Source: Raillietiella orientalis
Lineage: Eukaryota
DNA length: 64,000 bases
Reading direction: 5' to 3'
Assembly: GCA_036172245.1 (NCBI GenBank)
Contig: JAYWIR010000054.1
Coordinates: 1-64,000 of the forward strand
Shown here: positions 10,946-23,148 of the stretch, one piece after another
Position numbering within the stretch: position 1 is the first letter of the stretch
Layout of the letters: the number at the start of each line of letters is the position of its first letter
Position numbers and translations under genes: made by a program
The notes under the pieces: generated by a model
Told to the model about the DNA's origin: nothing
Databases searched by the model: none
The model's input: the letters and a program-made list of their open reading frames with translations, nothing else

Positions 10946-13900
10946 TGCCGGGAATCCCCTCCCGCCGTCGTCTGCGCATCGCCGTTTGGAACGTGAACGG
11001 CATGACAGACGCCGGCAGGAGACGAGACATGGCCGCCCTTCTGGAGTCCTACGACCTTGCGCTGCTGCAGGAGATCCACGTGATCTCTGCAGAACAAGCG
11101 CAAGAGATCGAACGGATCTCCGGAGGGCGGCTATGGTACAGGTGTGGTAGAGCAAAAAATTGCGGTGTCGCCTACTTGCTTCGGCCAGCCATCGAGGCCG
11201 CGGCACGGGGCGTCCGGTTCGACGATCACGGTCGTGTCGGCCAGCTGACTCTTAGGTGGTCCGACTTGATCGATCTGATCGTCACGAACGTGTACGCACC
11301 GAGCGGCAAGGACCTGATGAACAGGAGGGCGATGAAAGAGTTTTTCCTTGCCCTCCGGCGAGACTGGCTGACCGAAGCAGGCGTGCGGAATGCCCATCTA
11401 ATTGCAGGAGATTTCAACGTCCGCATGAAACCAGATGATCAGAATCGCGAGCGTGACCTGGTCAACGAGGTGTGCATGGCGGTGCACACCTGTAATCTGC
11501 TGGCCAGTGCACCGGGGATGGAAGACAGCATTGACCACGTGTTTCTTGACGAGCACCTGTGCCCTCGCGTGGGCAGGCGCGGCAAGTTACCGTGCGAGCT
11601 GTCCGACCATCGCCCGCTAGTCCTCGAGATCCATCCGCGCGACAGGCGCCCCTTCTCGTCAGCGTGGCGTCTCCCAGGGGACTGGCTGAAGCTCCTTGAC
11701 GCGGCGGAACATCTCCGCACGTTCATAGGGAGTTTCAGGCTGCGGACACTCCAGGATTGGGACCGCTTCAAGCGGTCGGTCCAGGAGTTCTGCGACCAGT
11801 TCCCTTTGCACCGCCTACCTACGGGTTTTGGGACCGGGGTCCGTAACGAACGAGCCTACCTGCTGGCCCGTCGTTACGCCAGGACCCCCGACATCCGCAG
11901 GCTGGCAGAATACAAAGCGGGAGCCGAGAGGCAAGTCTGGCAGTCCGGATCGTCCAGCTTACTGTACGATCAGGGCCAGGAGCACTCGGCACCTCCCCAA
12001 ATCCACGGCCTGCTGCGAAGTTACTACTCCTCCCTGTATGCCAGGGCACCTCCGGAGAGGAACGTCTCACGACTCCTGCTTCCGGAAGGCGCTCCAGCGA
12101 TCGAGGAGGAGCAGAGAAAGACCCTCGACGAGCCTTTCACGACGGACGAGATCCTTTCGGCCATCGGAAAGCTCAAGAGGCGAAAGGCTCCAGGGGAGGA
12201 TGGCCTGTTTGCGGAGTTTTATCAAACTTTCGCGGCTAAGCTTACACCCCTGGTACAGCAACTTACCTTGCTGATACGCGAAACAGGTGACGTTCCCGCC
12301 TCGTTTCGTTCGGCAAAGGTGCGGCTCCTCGCTAAGGGAGGAAATCTGAGAAGCATAAACAACTAGCGTCCCGTCACAATAGTGAATGCGGACGCCAAGT
12401 TGCTGGCTAAGGTTTGGGCAGAGCGTCTGGGACGGGTTGCCAACATCTTTATCAGCCCGGAACAGACATATGCTGTTACCGGGCGAAGCATGGAGGCGAA
12501 TCTGTTCCACGCTTCCACCTGGCTAGAGCTCCAACATGAAAGGAGCTTGGTGCGCAGCCGGAATTTCGGGGCGTGCGCCGGCAAGGGGCTGGATGGTCAG
12601 GTGGGTCAGGGAGCCCTTGCGGTCGCAATCGACTCGCGGAAAGCATTCGATTGCGTCGACCAGAATCTCCTTCTGGAGCTTCTGGAACGCTTGGGCTTCC
12701 CGGCCTCATTAGTGGCCTATCTGCGCTCCTGCTGGCGCGACGCGCTCATCAATGTTACTTTCAGCGGGCAGACCGTGCACAAAGTGCCGGTGCGGCGTGG
12801 GATCCGGCAGGGAGACAGCCTGAGCCCCTTGCACTTCAGTACCTATTTTGAGTTGGTACTGAGAGCGTACAGGGGAACTCTGGCGCACCTGCCGCACGAC
12901 TGTGCCGGTACGCCGGCCGTTCAAGCATACGCGGACGACCTTCTGCTGCTGCTCCCTATGTCCACCCCGGCTGCGGCGGTCGAGGAGTTCTTCAACCTGC
13001 TGCATCGGGGAACCGGACTTACGGTGAACAGGGCGAAGTCGTCCGTGATGCCAGTTGGTGCGGCGTGGGCAGGGCAGCAGGACTGGGTGCGTTTGCGGAT
13101 CCCCACGGTGAGGTACTTCAAGTACCTTGGTGTGCCGTTGGGGGACTACTCCCCTGCGAAAGCGTGGTCCGGCTGCCTTCAAAAAGTAGAGACGGCGATC
13201 GGCCCGTTCCGAGGCGGCAGGTTTTTCCTGCCTGAACGGGCCGCGGTTTGGAACACGTTCGCAGCTCCTCTCTTCCGCCCCCGGCTTTTTGTTTGCCCCC
13301 CCACAGAGAGGATTAAAAAGCGGACAAAGGACCTCCTCCGTATCGCCCTTTGGGGCAACGGGAGGGCCCGAGTCCGCTTAAAGGACTTGTGCGCTCCTCG
13401 TCGGGATGGTGGTCTGGGCCTCCTGACACTGGAGCGGCTGGAGCTTCAGCTCCAGTTCCGCTTGTCGGCACTCGTTCCAGAGTTGTGGTGCACCTGTTGC
13501 TGCGTCCCTGCACGTCTCCTTCTCCAGCAAGCCACCGGCAAGACGGTACTGACGTCGTTTCTTGCACTCCGTCGCCGCGTCAACTGATGCGGACTCCAGC
13601 TACGGATGGTGACTGCGCTTTATCGGAAAAACCCAGGATTGCTCACCTTTCGCCCGTTTAACGGTAGTGCCTGGTTGCAGGAAACCGTTCGAACGTGGGG
13701 ACAGTTCGGCATGCAACGCTCCCAACAGGAACGAAGGTTCCTGTTTGGGGGTTACAGAAGTTGCACGCTCCGCGAGATCCTGGAGGATCCAAAGAAGAGA
13801 GCGTGGGCAGGAAGAACCCCCCTCGCTGCTGCGCTGCCCTCCCTGATGGAAGATCTGGACAGCGATGTTGCGGCGAAGTGGGTGGTTAAAGTAACAATCT

Positions 13901-14526
13901 CAGGAAAGGAGAAGAAGATAGGAGATCGGAAGACGGGCCAGTTAACAGACGCTGCGACCCCGAGTACGCCTCCTAATGGACTTCTGCGCTGGGGCGCGCT
14001 GCTCGATGTTCCCATTGAACATCTGAAGTGGCCCCCGGTGCTCATGAACACTTCCGCCCTCCCCTTAAAATGGCAGGAGTCGGCTCTCCTGTTGCAGCAC
14101 TGGGGACTCCCCTGCAACGCCCGCCGACACCACTGGACCTGGGGAGCGGTGGACCCCAATTGCGTCAGGTGTGGGGAACGGGAGATCCTCCCCCACCTGC
14201 TAGTGGATTGTGTTGCCCTTCGGCCCCTTTGGTTTCGCTTTGCCGCGGCCATCGGAATCCCCTGCGGCAACCCCAGTGGCGCACTGAAAGCCCTCTTCGT
14301 TGCCGACGCCCTTCGGCCAGCGGCCTCGTTAGCAGCTTTGTGCTGCCTACGCGGGATCGTCACCGCTTGGAGCAAGGCTACGGGAGGACAACGCGACCAG
14401 AGTGCCATCCAGCCAGCCTCCCAGTTCCTGAGGAGGGCGTCCCGATGGCCCCACCTGGATCCAGGAATACAGAAGGAGCTTGCCGGCATCCTGCAAAGGA
14501 TGCAACAGCCCCACCAGCGACTGTGA
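10945..14526 (+). pseudogene. ORF2 (APE endonuclease-RT-CCHC) of A-1 with two in-frame stops
   Basis: ORFs 10945-12366, 12382-13587 and 13606-14526 share one frame. Motifs WNVNG, NVYAP, GDFN, SDH, PGEDG, KAFD, YADD and CVRCGEREILPHLLVDC. Confidence 0.93.
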
Positions 14527-14743
14527 TCCCTTCCCTTACCCTCCCAACTTTTCTTTTCTTTTTTGTTTTGTTTTTTTGTTTTTCCCCCTTCCCCCTGCTG
14601 CCGTGGTGGACCGCACCGGTCTGCGAACCGGTGACCCGGCAGGCTCTGTTTCTTCGTGCGTGGCTGGAGCAATGGTCCAGCCACCGCACGTCTTTGTAAA
14701 AGTTTATTTTACAATAAACGCCCCGGCGAAATCCGGGTGAAAA

Positions 14744-15655
14744 TCGAACGCCCTGCGGGGATCGACCGCGACCGCCAAGGCACCCGGCGCTTCCTCAGGC
14801 CGAATACAGCGACGCCTAGCCCTGGCAGCCGCAGATGCGGTTGCCTGGCTGTTGTGCGTCACGCGACGTTGCAGCTCGAGCCACGTGCACGCGAAGAACA
14901 GGTTCGCCTCCATGGACAGCCCGGGAACAGCGTAAGTCTGCTCCGGACTTACCACGGATCCAGCGTTCCTGCCTAGGCGCGCGACCCACAGCCTGGAGAA
15001 CAACTTGACGTCCGCCTTCACCAAGGTGATGGGACGCCAGTTGCTTAAATGGCGCATGCCTCCGCCTTTCGACATGATACGCACCCTTGCTGAGCGAAAC
15101 GAGGCCGGGACATTGCCCGTCTCTCGCATCAGCGCATTAAGCCTCAGCACCAGGGGGATGAGTTCCGCCGTGGAGCACTGGAAGAACTCCGCAGGCAGAC
15201 CATCCTTAACTGGCGCCTTGCGCTTCTTGAGGCTCGCTATGGCGGAAGACACTTCTTCCGCCGTGAAGGGCAAGTCAAGAGTGGCGCGTTCCTCCTCGTC
15301 GACCGCAGGGGAATCCGCCGGCAGAAGCAGCTCCGAGAGACTGCGTTCTGTCGGCTCCCTAGCATACAACGAGGAGTAGTAGCGCTTTAGGAGGCGGCGA
15401 ACTTCGGCCGCGCCCGAGCACTCCAGGCCCTGGTCGTCGAGCAGACAAGCCGCTCCTGACTGCCAGACCTTGCCCTCGGCCTTGGCCTTGTACTCCGCAA
15501 GGTACCGGACGTTCGGGCATCGGGAGAATTGGCGGGCCTGCAGAAACTCTCTGCTGTTCGCCACGCTTTCCCCGAAGCCACGGGGAAGCTGCCGCAAAAG
15601 GAACCGGCTGCAGAACTCGCAGACCGATCTTTTCAGATCGTCCCAGTCCACGAGC
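14744..15655 (-). mobile_element. LINE family D, middle part (linker to RT AFD)
   Basis: DWDDLKRSV...WRPITLV...AVAVDPRRAFD. Joins 9175 across the A-1 TSD. Confidence 0.9.
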
Positions 15656-18600
15656 GAGAGCGGACGTGTTTTTGTTTCGCTCTTGAGCGTTTGTTGTTTT
15701 CTTTTTTTTCTTTTTTTTCTTGTTGTGCCAGTGGATTCGGTGGTGGCTAGGCAGCAATGCCTGGGACCACCATTAATGTTAAGGAGGGGGCGACGTCTAT
15801 GTCGCCTCCTGAATCAATGGATGTGGGGGCAACCGCCCCCACAGAAGCGACTTACTTGCTAGGGAGAAGCTGGAGTTCCGTGGCTGCGGCGCCAACGCAA
15901 GCGGCTGCGGCTGAGTTAAAAGCCTACATGGAGGAGGGGTACAATCCCCCTCTACTCTACAAGGTAGGCAACCTTTACTCCTTTGAGAGTGCACGCGCTT
16001 TCTCGAAAGCGATGCACTCCCTCAAAGTACCCCAGGAGGAGCTCTTGGCGATGACCATCAGGAGTGGTGGACAGTACGTTGAGGTGATTTGCAAAGAAGC
16101 ATGTCTTGCCCAGCGTCTGCTCCGCACACCTGTTCCTTTAGGGAATCGCGGCTCCTCCCCATCACGGAGGATAGATCTATTGTGATCCATCTCCTCGGAA
16201 TCACCTTCCGGATGGCCGAAGAGGCTGTTCGAAAGGAACTAGTTAAATTTAGGACTGTCCACGCGTTGTGGAAAAGGCCGACTCCGTTTTGGGAGTACGA
16301 TCTCCTGAATTGCGGTATGGCTTCCGCGCGCATGACGGTCGGCGAGGGTTGCTTCCTACCAAACAAGCTGGAGGTCAACGGCGAACCCGTTGACATCTGG
16401 TATGATGGTAAGCTGCATTTCTGCGGGCATTGCAGCACTTCAGGTTACCTGAAAAAAAGGTGCCCCCACTTTCCGTGCAAGCAATGCAAGCAACCCGGGC
16501 ACACTCTTCCAGTGTGCCCGCAAAATGAAGTCCGCGTTGCGTCCGCACGGAATGCGAAGAAGCGCGCGGCGAGAAAAAGACGTGTTCAGGCAGCCCGAAA
16601 GAGAGCCGCCGCTGGAAAAACAACTGTCGTTCCCCAGGTGAAGGTCAGCTCTGAGATCTTATGAAACTCGGACAAGGTCGAGGAAAACGGCCAGGAATCT
16701 GGATGGCAGGTAGTAAAATCCAAGAGGCAGAAAAGCCTCAAGTAACCAAAAAAAAATGTCGCGAAACGCAGCGAGAATTTGCCGCTTCGCGAAAATATCA
16801 AACGCTTCTCTGTCGTCATCAAGCGCATTCCTGCGGTCGAACAGAGCGGCAAAATTGCACTTGTCGCTGCCGACTTTCAGCCCTTTAGCAAATTAATGCC
16901 GGAGGCTATCGACCCGGCGGTGGCATCCGTCGTCGAACGCATGATCGACGACATCGCCTTTGAGCGAGCGGCGGAGGATATCGCTGCGTCCTTGCAGCGT
17001 CCCCTTAAATCCGCGAAAAAGGCCTTGAGGCGTCCGAACTCGATCAAGAAGTCCGAGATTCCGAACTCTTACGCAGAGGCGGAAAACAGCCTGTCGCATC
17101 GCGGCCTCCCACGCGAAGGCCAATCGCACGAAGAAGGCTACCCGCAAAATTATCCCGTCCGTGGAAAAGGGAGAGATAATTGAGGGAAGCGTGCGTGCGA
17201 ATAAAGTGGGGAACTCCGGGGACTCTCTACGAGAGGTAACCCTAAGCTGCGACGCCGGAGGGAGGGAAAGGGTAGAGTCTGTGCCCAAGGTGCTTCAAGT
17301 GCCTGAGATGGCCGCGGTCCCCTTACTCGTCCCTCCCACCTGTCCGTTGACAGGTGCTGAAACGCCACGTTCCTAGCCTTAATGCCTGGAATCGCCTCTT
17401 GCCGCCGTCTGCGAATTGTCTGTTGGAACGTCAACGGGCTAAGCGACGACGGCAAGAGACGAAACGTGGCCTCCGCTCTGGCATCGTTGTACCTGGTGCT
17501 CCTGCAAGAGATCCACGTTATCTCCGCAGATCAAGCAACGGAGATCGAGCGTACCTCGGGTGGACGGCTGCTGTGGCGTTGCGGCACCGTTAAATCTTGC
17601 GGTGTCGCGTTCCTGCTTCGTCCAGCTATCGAGGCTGCGGCAAAGGGCGTACGGTTCGATAGTGCCGGTCGCGTCGGGCAGTTGACCATCAGGTGGTCCG
17701 ACTCCATCGATCTGGTCATTACCAACGTGTACGCCCCAAGCGGCAGCGACGCGCTAAGGGCAAAGGCAAGGAGAGATTTCTTCCTTACCCTGAGGCGCGA
17801 ATATCTGGACGAAGCGGGAGTGCGCAAAGCGCACCTAATCGCTGGTGACTTTAACCTGCGCCTGCTGTCAGGTGCGTCCGACACACTTCGGGAGCGCGTG
17901 AACGAGCTGTGCGCAGAGATGCACACGCGCAACTTGTTCGCGGGAGATCCAGAAATGGCCGACAGCATAGATCACGTGTTTCTTGACCAACATCTATGCT
18001 CACGCGTGGGCAGGCGCGGCAAGTTACCGTCGGAACTGTCGGACCATGACCGGATCGTACTCGGGGCGCGTCCACGCGATAGGGGTCCGCCGTCATCTGC
18101 GTGGCGCTTACGGGGGAACTGACTGAAACTTCCGGAAGCCGCGGAGCATCTCCGAGGATCCATACGAGCTTTCAGCTTGCAGACGCTTCAGGACTGGGAC
18201 CGCTTCAAGCGCTCGGTCCGGAATTTTTGCGACGAGTTCCCTATGAACCTCCTGCCTGCCGGGCTTGGTAAAAGCGTACGTAACGAGAGATGGTATTTAC
18301 AATCTCGTTGTTACGCGCGAACACCAGACGTACGCAGGATAGCCGAATATCATGCGGGAGCCGAGAGGCAGGCGTGGCAATCCGGGTCGGCCAGCTTACT
18401 GGACGACTAGGGTTTGGAGAACTCGGCCCCCGCCCAGGTAAAAGGCTTATTAAAAAAATTCTTCTCCTCCCTGTACGCGCGCGCTTTACCGAAACGGGAT
18501 GTCTCGCGACTTCTTCTTCCGGAAGGCGCTCCGGCGATCAAGGAGGAAGATAGAAAGACCCTCGACGAGCCTTTCACGATGGGCGAGATCATCTCGGCCA

Positions 18601-21191
18601 TCGGAAAGCTCAAGAAACGGAAGGCTCCAGGGGAGGACCGCCTGCCAGCGGAATTTTTTCAATGTTTCGCGGCAGAGCTCACTCCTCTGGTGAAGAAACT
18701 CACCTTGTTGATCCGCGAAACGGGCGACGTCCTCGCCTGGTTTCGTTCGGCAAAGGTGCGTCTCCTCCCTAAGGGAGGAGACCTTCGGAGCATGAGCAAC
18801 TGGCGGCCGATTACCGTGATAAACGCGGACGCTAAGTTGCTGGCGAAATTGTGGGCTGAGCGCCTGGGGCGGTTAGGAGAAAGCTTCATTAGCCCGGAGC
18901 AGACATATGCTGTTCCCGGGCGGAGCATGGATGCCAACCTGTTCCTCGCCAGCACCTTTTTCGCGCTTTAACAGGAAAGGGTCATTATAAGCAACCGGAC
19001 TTCCGGGATGTCCGCCGCTAGGAAACAGGATGGTTGGGGGGGAAGGAAGCCCTCGGAGTTGCAGTCGATTTGCATAAAGCATTCGACTGTGTCGACCAGA
19101 GGCTCCTCCTGGAGCTCCTGGAACGCTTGGGCTTTTCGGTCTCTTTGCTGACCTATCTGCGATCCTGCTATCGCGACGCGCTCATCCAGATCTTTTTCAG
19201 TGGACACACCGTGCACGGCGTACCGGTGCGACGCGGCATACGGCAGGGAGACAGCCTGAGTCCCCTGCTCTTTAGTACTACTTCGAGTTGGTACTGAGAA
19301 CGTACAGGGAAACTCTAGCGCACCTGCCGCGCGAATGTACCGGTACTCCTGCGGTGTCAGCATATGCAAACGACCTTCTGCTGCAGCTCCCTATATCCAT
19401 CCCGGCATCAGCGCTCGACGAGTTCTTCGACCTGCTAAGTCGGGGAAGCTGGCTTGAGGTGAACAGGGCGAAGTCGTCCTTCATGCCAATCGGTGCGGCG
19501 TGGGCAGGGCAGCCGGACTGGTCCGTTTGGGGATCCCAACGGTACGGTACTTCAAGTACCTCGGTGTACCGATGGGTGATTATGTTTCTTCGGATGCGTG
19601 GTCCAGCTGCCTTCAAAAGGTAGAGACGGCGACCGGCCCGTTCCAAGGCCGCAGGTTTTTCCTGCCGGAACGGACCGCGGTGTGGAACGCATTCGCGGCG
19701 CCCCTATTCCGTTTCCTGCTTTTTGTTTGTCCCCCCACCACAGAGACTAAAAAGTGGACGAAGCACCTCCTAAGGATTGCCCTGTGGGATAATGGGAGGG
19801 TCCGAGTCCGGCTTGAGGACTTGAGCGCTCAGCGTCGGGACGGCGGTCTCGGCCTCCTGACGCTAGAGCGGCTGGAGCTCCAGCTCCAGTTTCGGTTATT
19901 TGCCCTAGTGGCGAAATATTGGAATAGCAGTTGGTGAGAGCCCGCACGTCTCCTCGTCCAGCAGGCTACAGGCAAGGTGGGACTGTCATCCTTCCATGCG
20001 CTCCGTCGGCGCCGCCTTGTCGGTCACTGCGGGTTGCAGCTACGGAGAGTGGCTGACCTGATGAGGAAGAACGCAGAATGGCTCTGCTGTCGCCCCGTTA
20101 ACGGACCTGCATGGCTGCAGGAAACGGTTCAAACGTGGGCAAGGAGCAACCAGAAACGCACCCAAGAAGGGCAGAGAGAATTCTTCGCCCGTTATGACCG
20201 CCTGACGCTCCAAGAGGTCCTGGAGAACCCCCAAAAACGAGCGTGGGCAAGAAAAACTCCCCTCGCTGCAATGCTGTTTTCGCTCGCGGAACATTTAAAC
20301 AGCAACACTGCTGCGAAATGGGATGTTTACGTCACAATCTCCGGTACGGAGAAAAAGATCGGGGAATGGAAAACGGGAATTCTCTGCGATACCGCGGCCC
20401 AGACTACCACCCCTATTGGACTTTTGCGCTAGGGCGAGCTGCTTAATGTTCCGCGGGAACAATTAAAGTGGCCCCCGGTGCTGATGAACACCTCCATCCT
20501 CCCCTTAAAATGGCAGGATTCGGTGCTATTGTAGCTGCATTGGGGACTCACCTGCAACGTTTGCCGACATTATTGGACCTGGCGAGCGGTGAGCCCTAAT
20601 TGTGCGAGTGGTCGAGAACGGGAGTCAGTCACTCACCTCCTTTTGGATTGTGTGGCTCTTCGGCCTCTTTGGAACCGTTTTGCCGCGGCAATCGGTAACC
20701 GCTGTGGCAACCCCAGAGACGCAATTAGATCTTCCATCGTTTGCGACGCCCTTCGGCCCTCGGCCTCGTTAGCAGGTCTGTGCTGCTTTCGCGGATCGTC
20801 GCTGCATAGAGCAAAGCAACGGGAGGACCTCGCGATAAGGGTGTCGTCCAGTACGCAGCCGAAGTTATGCGGACGGCGACAGGATGGTCCCATCTGGATT
20901 CAAACATCCAAAAACAGCTTGCCAGCATCCTGGAAAGGATGTAACGGCCCCACAGCAGACTGTGATCCCTTCCCGTGGCCCCCAGATCTTGATTTTATAT
21001 ATTTCTTTTTTTTTGTTTTATTTTTTGTTTTGTCCTTGGCCCCTCTGCTGTCGTAGTCGACCGTGACCGAATACGAACCGGTGACCCGGCAGGCTTAATT
21101 TTGTATGCCAGTGCGTAGCCGGACAACCTCGTCAGCCACCAACGTTTGTTTTATTCCAAAGAATAAACGCCCCGGCGCAACCGGATGAATA
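15656..21191 (+). mobile_element. Full-length degenerate LINE family E
   Basis: 5' motif at 15660. ORF1 ~15757-17376 (CGHCSTSGYLKKRC). ORF2 ~17382-20965 with several stops and frameshifts. 3' hairpin at 21162-21191. Confidence 0.92.
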
Positions 21192-23148
21192 ACGATCTCT
21201 CGAACGGCCAAGGTCCGGAGATGCTAACGGAGGTGCTCCGCACCCAATGGATTTCTCAACCAATCGGCCGGCAGCTTCCAGACGTGCGTCGTAGGGCCCA
21301 TGCCATGCGGGAGTAGCTCAAACTCCATCCTGTAGTGGTCGGAAAGCTCGGAAGGCACGGGACCTTTTCGACCCACCTGAGAATGCAGGTGATCGTCGAG
21401 GAACACATGGTCCAACAAAGCACGCTTTTCGGGATTGTCGGCCAGCAAATTCAAGGCGTGCACCGACGCGCACACGTCGTTCACGAACCGTTTCTCCCGG
21501 CGACGGTGAGACTTCTCCGATAGCGCGTGGACGTTGAATTCCCCGGCTACGAGGTGAGCCACGTCTGGACTGGAGTTATTGAGCTTGCGGTAGCGCAGTC
21601 TCTTGAGAAACTCCAGTTTCTAGGTGCGACGCGCGGAGCCCCTCGGCGCGTACGCGTTCGTGACGACAAGGTTGATCGATTCGGACCACTTGAGAACAAG
21701 TTGGCCCACACGACCTTCCTCGTCGAAACAGACGTTCCAACAGGCCACTCGGACGCGGCAAGAAGAAGCGAGACCGCGCATTGCTGCTACCGACATGGAG
21801 GTGCGTTCCTCGCCTCGTCCGGCAAGCCATGAGCCGGGTGCACGGCGGATGAGGTAGCGCAAGCGCTTCCTATCCCCACCGCGCCGCTCGCGGCTTGCTC
21901 GGTGGAGTCGAGTATCATTGCCTCGGGCTCCGAGAAGCATCGGGAACCGTTATCGGCTTCAGGCTCTTGCCTGGGAAGTTTTCGCTTGCGCGGAACCCTG
22001 GCTTTGACCGGGGCTTGGCTAGGCTTAGCGCCGACCTCGGACTCCACCTCGGCGTCCGAATTCCGCACGCACAACGGGCGTTTCGCCTGCTTTTTTTTTT
22101 GCTGGCATCCCGGAGCTGGTCCAGCACACTTGGAGGGTGCCTTCGTCGCCAATCCACCTTTCGGGGTCACGGCTTCGGCGGCTCCCCTCTCGCCGCGGGT
22201 GTTTGCGGCAGCGCGCGCGGCGGCAGCAGAGGCTTTTTCTTGCGCTTTCCTTGCCTCGCGGGGCTGCCTCTTCACCCCGCCTACCTTTTCGATCGGGAAG
22301 TGGGAAGGATCGCGCGGTTTGCGCTCCTTCTTTCTTCCCACAACAAAGGTCCTGCCATCCTCGCCGCCTTCCGGTTTGCCTTGGTCTGGCGCGAGGGCTT
22401 CCAGGGTCCTTCGCATCCTTTCCAAGGCCTCAGTTTCGGCGATAGAGGCCAGTGTCTCCTTCGCCACGTCTGCCTTTTGCACGTCCTTACCGGAAGGTGT
22501 GGGCAGAGTGGCGGCATTCTCGGGGGTGGTGCGGGGCTTTTTAGCGTTTGCTGGCGTTCGGCCCGCCGTGTCCGGCTTGCCTGTCGCGGGCAAAGGGGCG
22601 CGCGACCCCTTTTTCGACGCTCCGGTGGACTTCCCGGGTGTGCCACCGCTATTTCTCTCCGGAGCGAGAGCGGACGGAAGCGGTGGTCTTGCAGCCTGCC
22701 CGATGTTATCGGCAGGCTAGGTCGTTCGAAGCTTTACGGAAGCAGCTTTCTGAAGCTTCTTGTCCTTTCGCGCGGAGTTTTGTGGAGCATTGCTCCGAGA
22801 TTCGCCCGCGCAAGCGGACCTTTTACTTCTCCGTTGCGAATCCTCGTTCGCGCCGGATTTCTTCCTCGACGACGGTGCGGATGGAGTCGGCGCGTACGAC
22901 GCTGTTGCGAGGAGGTTTCTCGCCCTCATCTTTCGTTTTAGCTCGGCGCACTCGCTAATCGAGTGGCCGAGCAGCTTACAGTATCGGCAACTGCGTGTTG
23001 GGCACTTCCGCGGACGGTGACCCTCCTTGACGCAGTTGCCGCAAGCGGGCGTTTGCCCGGCAAACCGGAGATAGACGACGACGTCACCGAGGAGGATCTG
23101 CGAAGGCATCAGCCTCTGGTCGTCCATGGTGACGCACGCCGTCGCGAT
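21192..23148 (-). mobile_element. LINE family D: ORF1 3' part and endonuclease (internal deletion)
   Basis: CGNCVKEGHRPRKC and CRYCKLLGHSISEC. ORF2 start MRGLASSCRVRVACWNV at 21781. HLVAGEFN and SDH present. Reading frame continues into 15655. Confidence 0.88.

Larger units (their letters stand above)
9176..14743 (+). mobile_element. Full-length LINE family A, copy 1, with TSD
   Basis: 5' motif at 9185, ORF1, ORF2, 3' hairpin at 14713-14743. tcgaacgcc is repeated at 9162-9170 and 14744-14752. Confidence 0.95.

Noticed and set aside
14713..14743. 3' hairpin as a self-cleaving ribozyme or DNA-transposon terminal inverted repeat
   Set aside because: It is too short for an HDV or hammerhead fold and has no complementary counterpart at the 5' ends.
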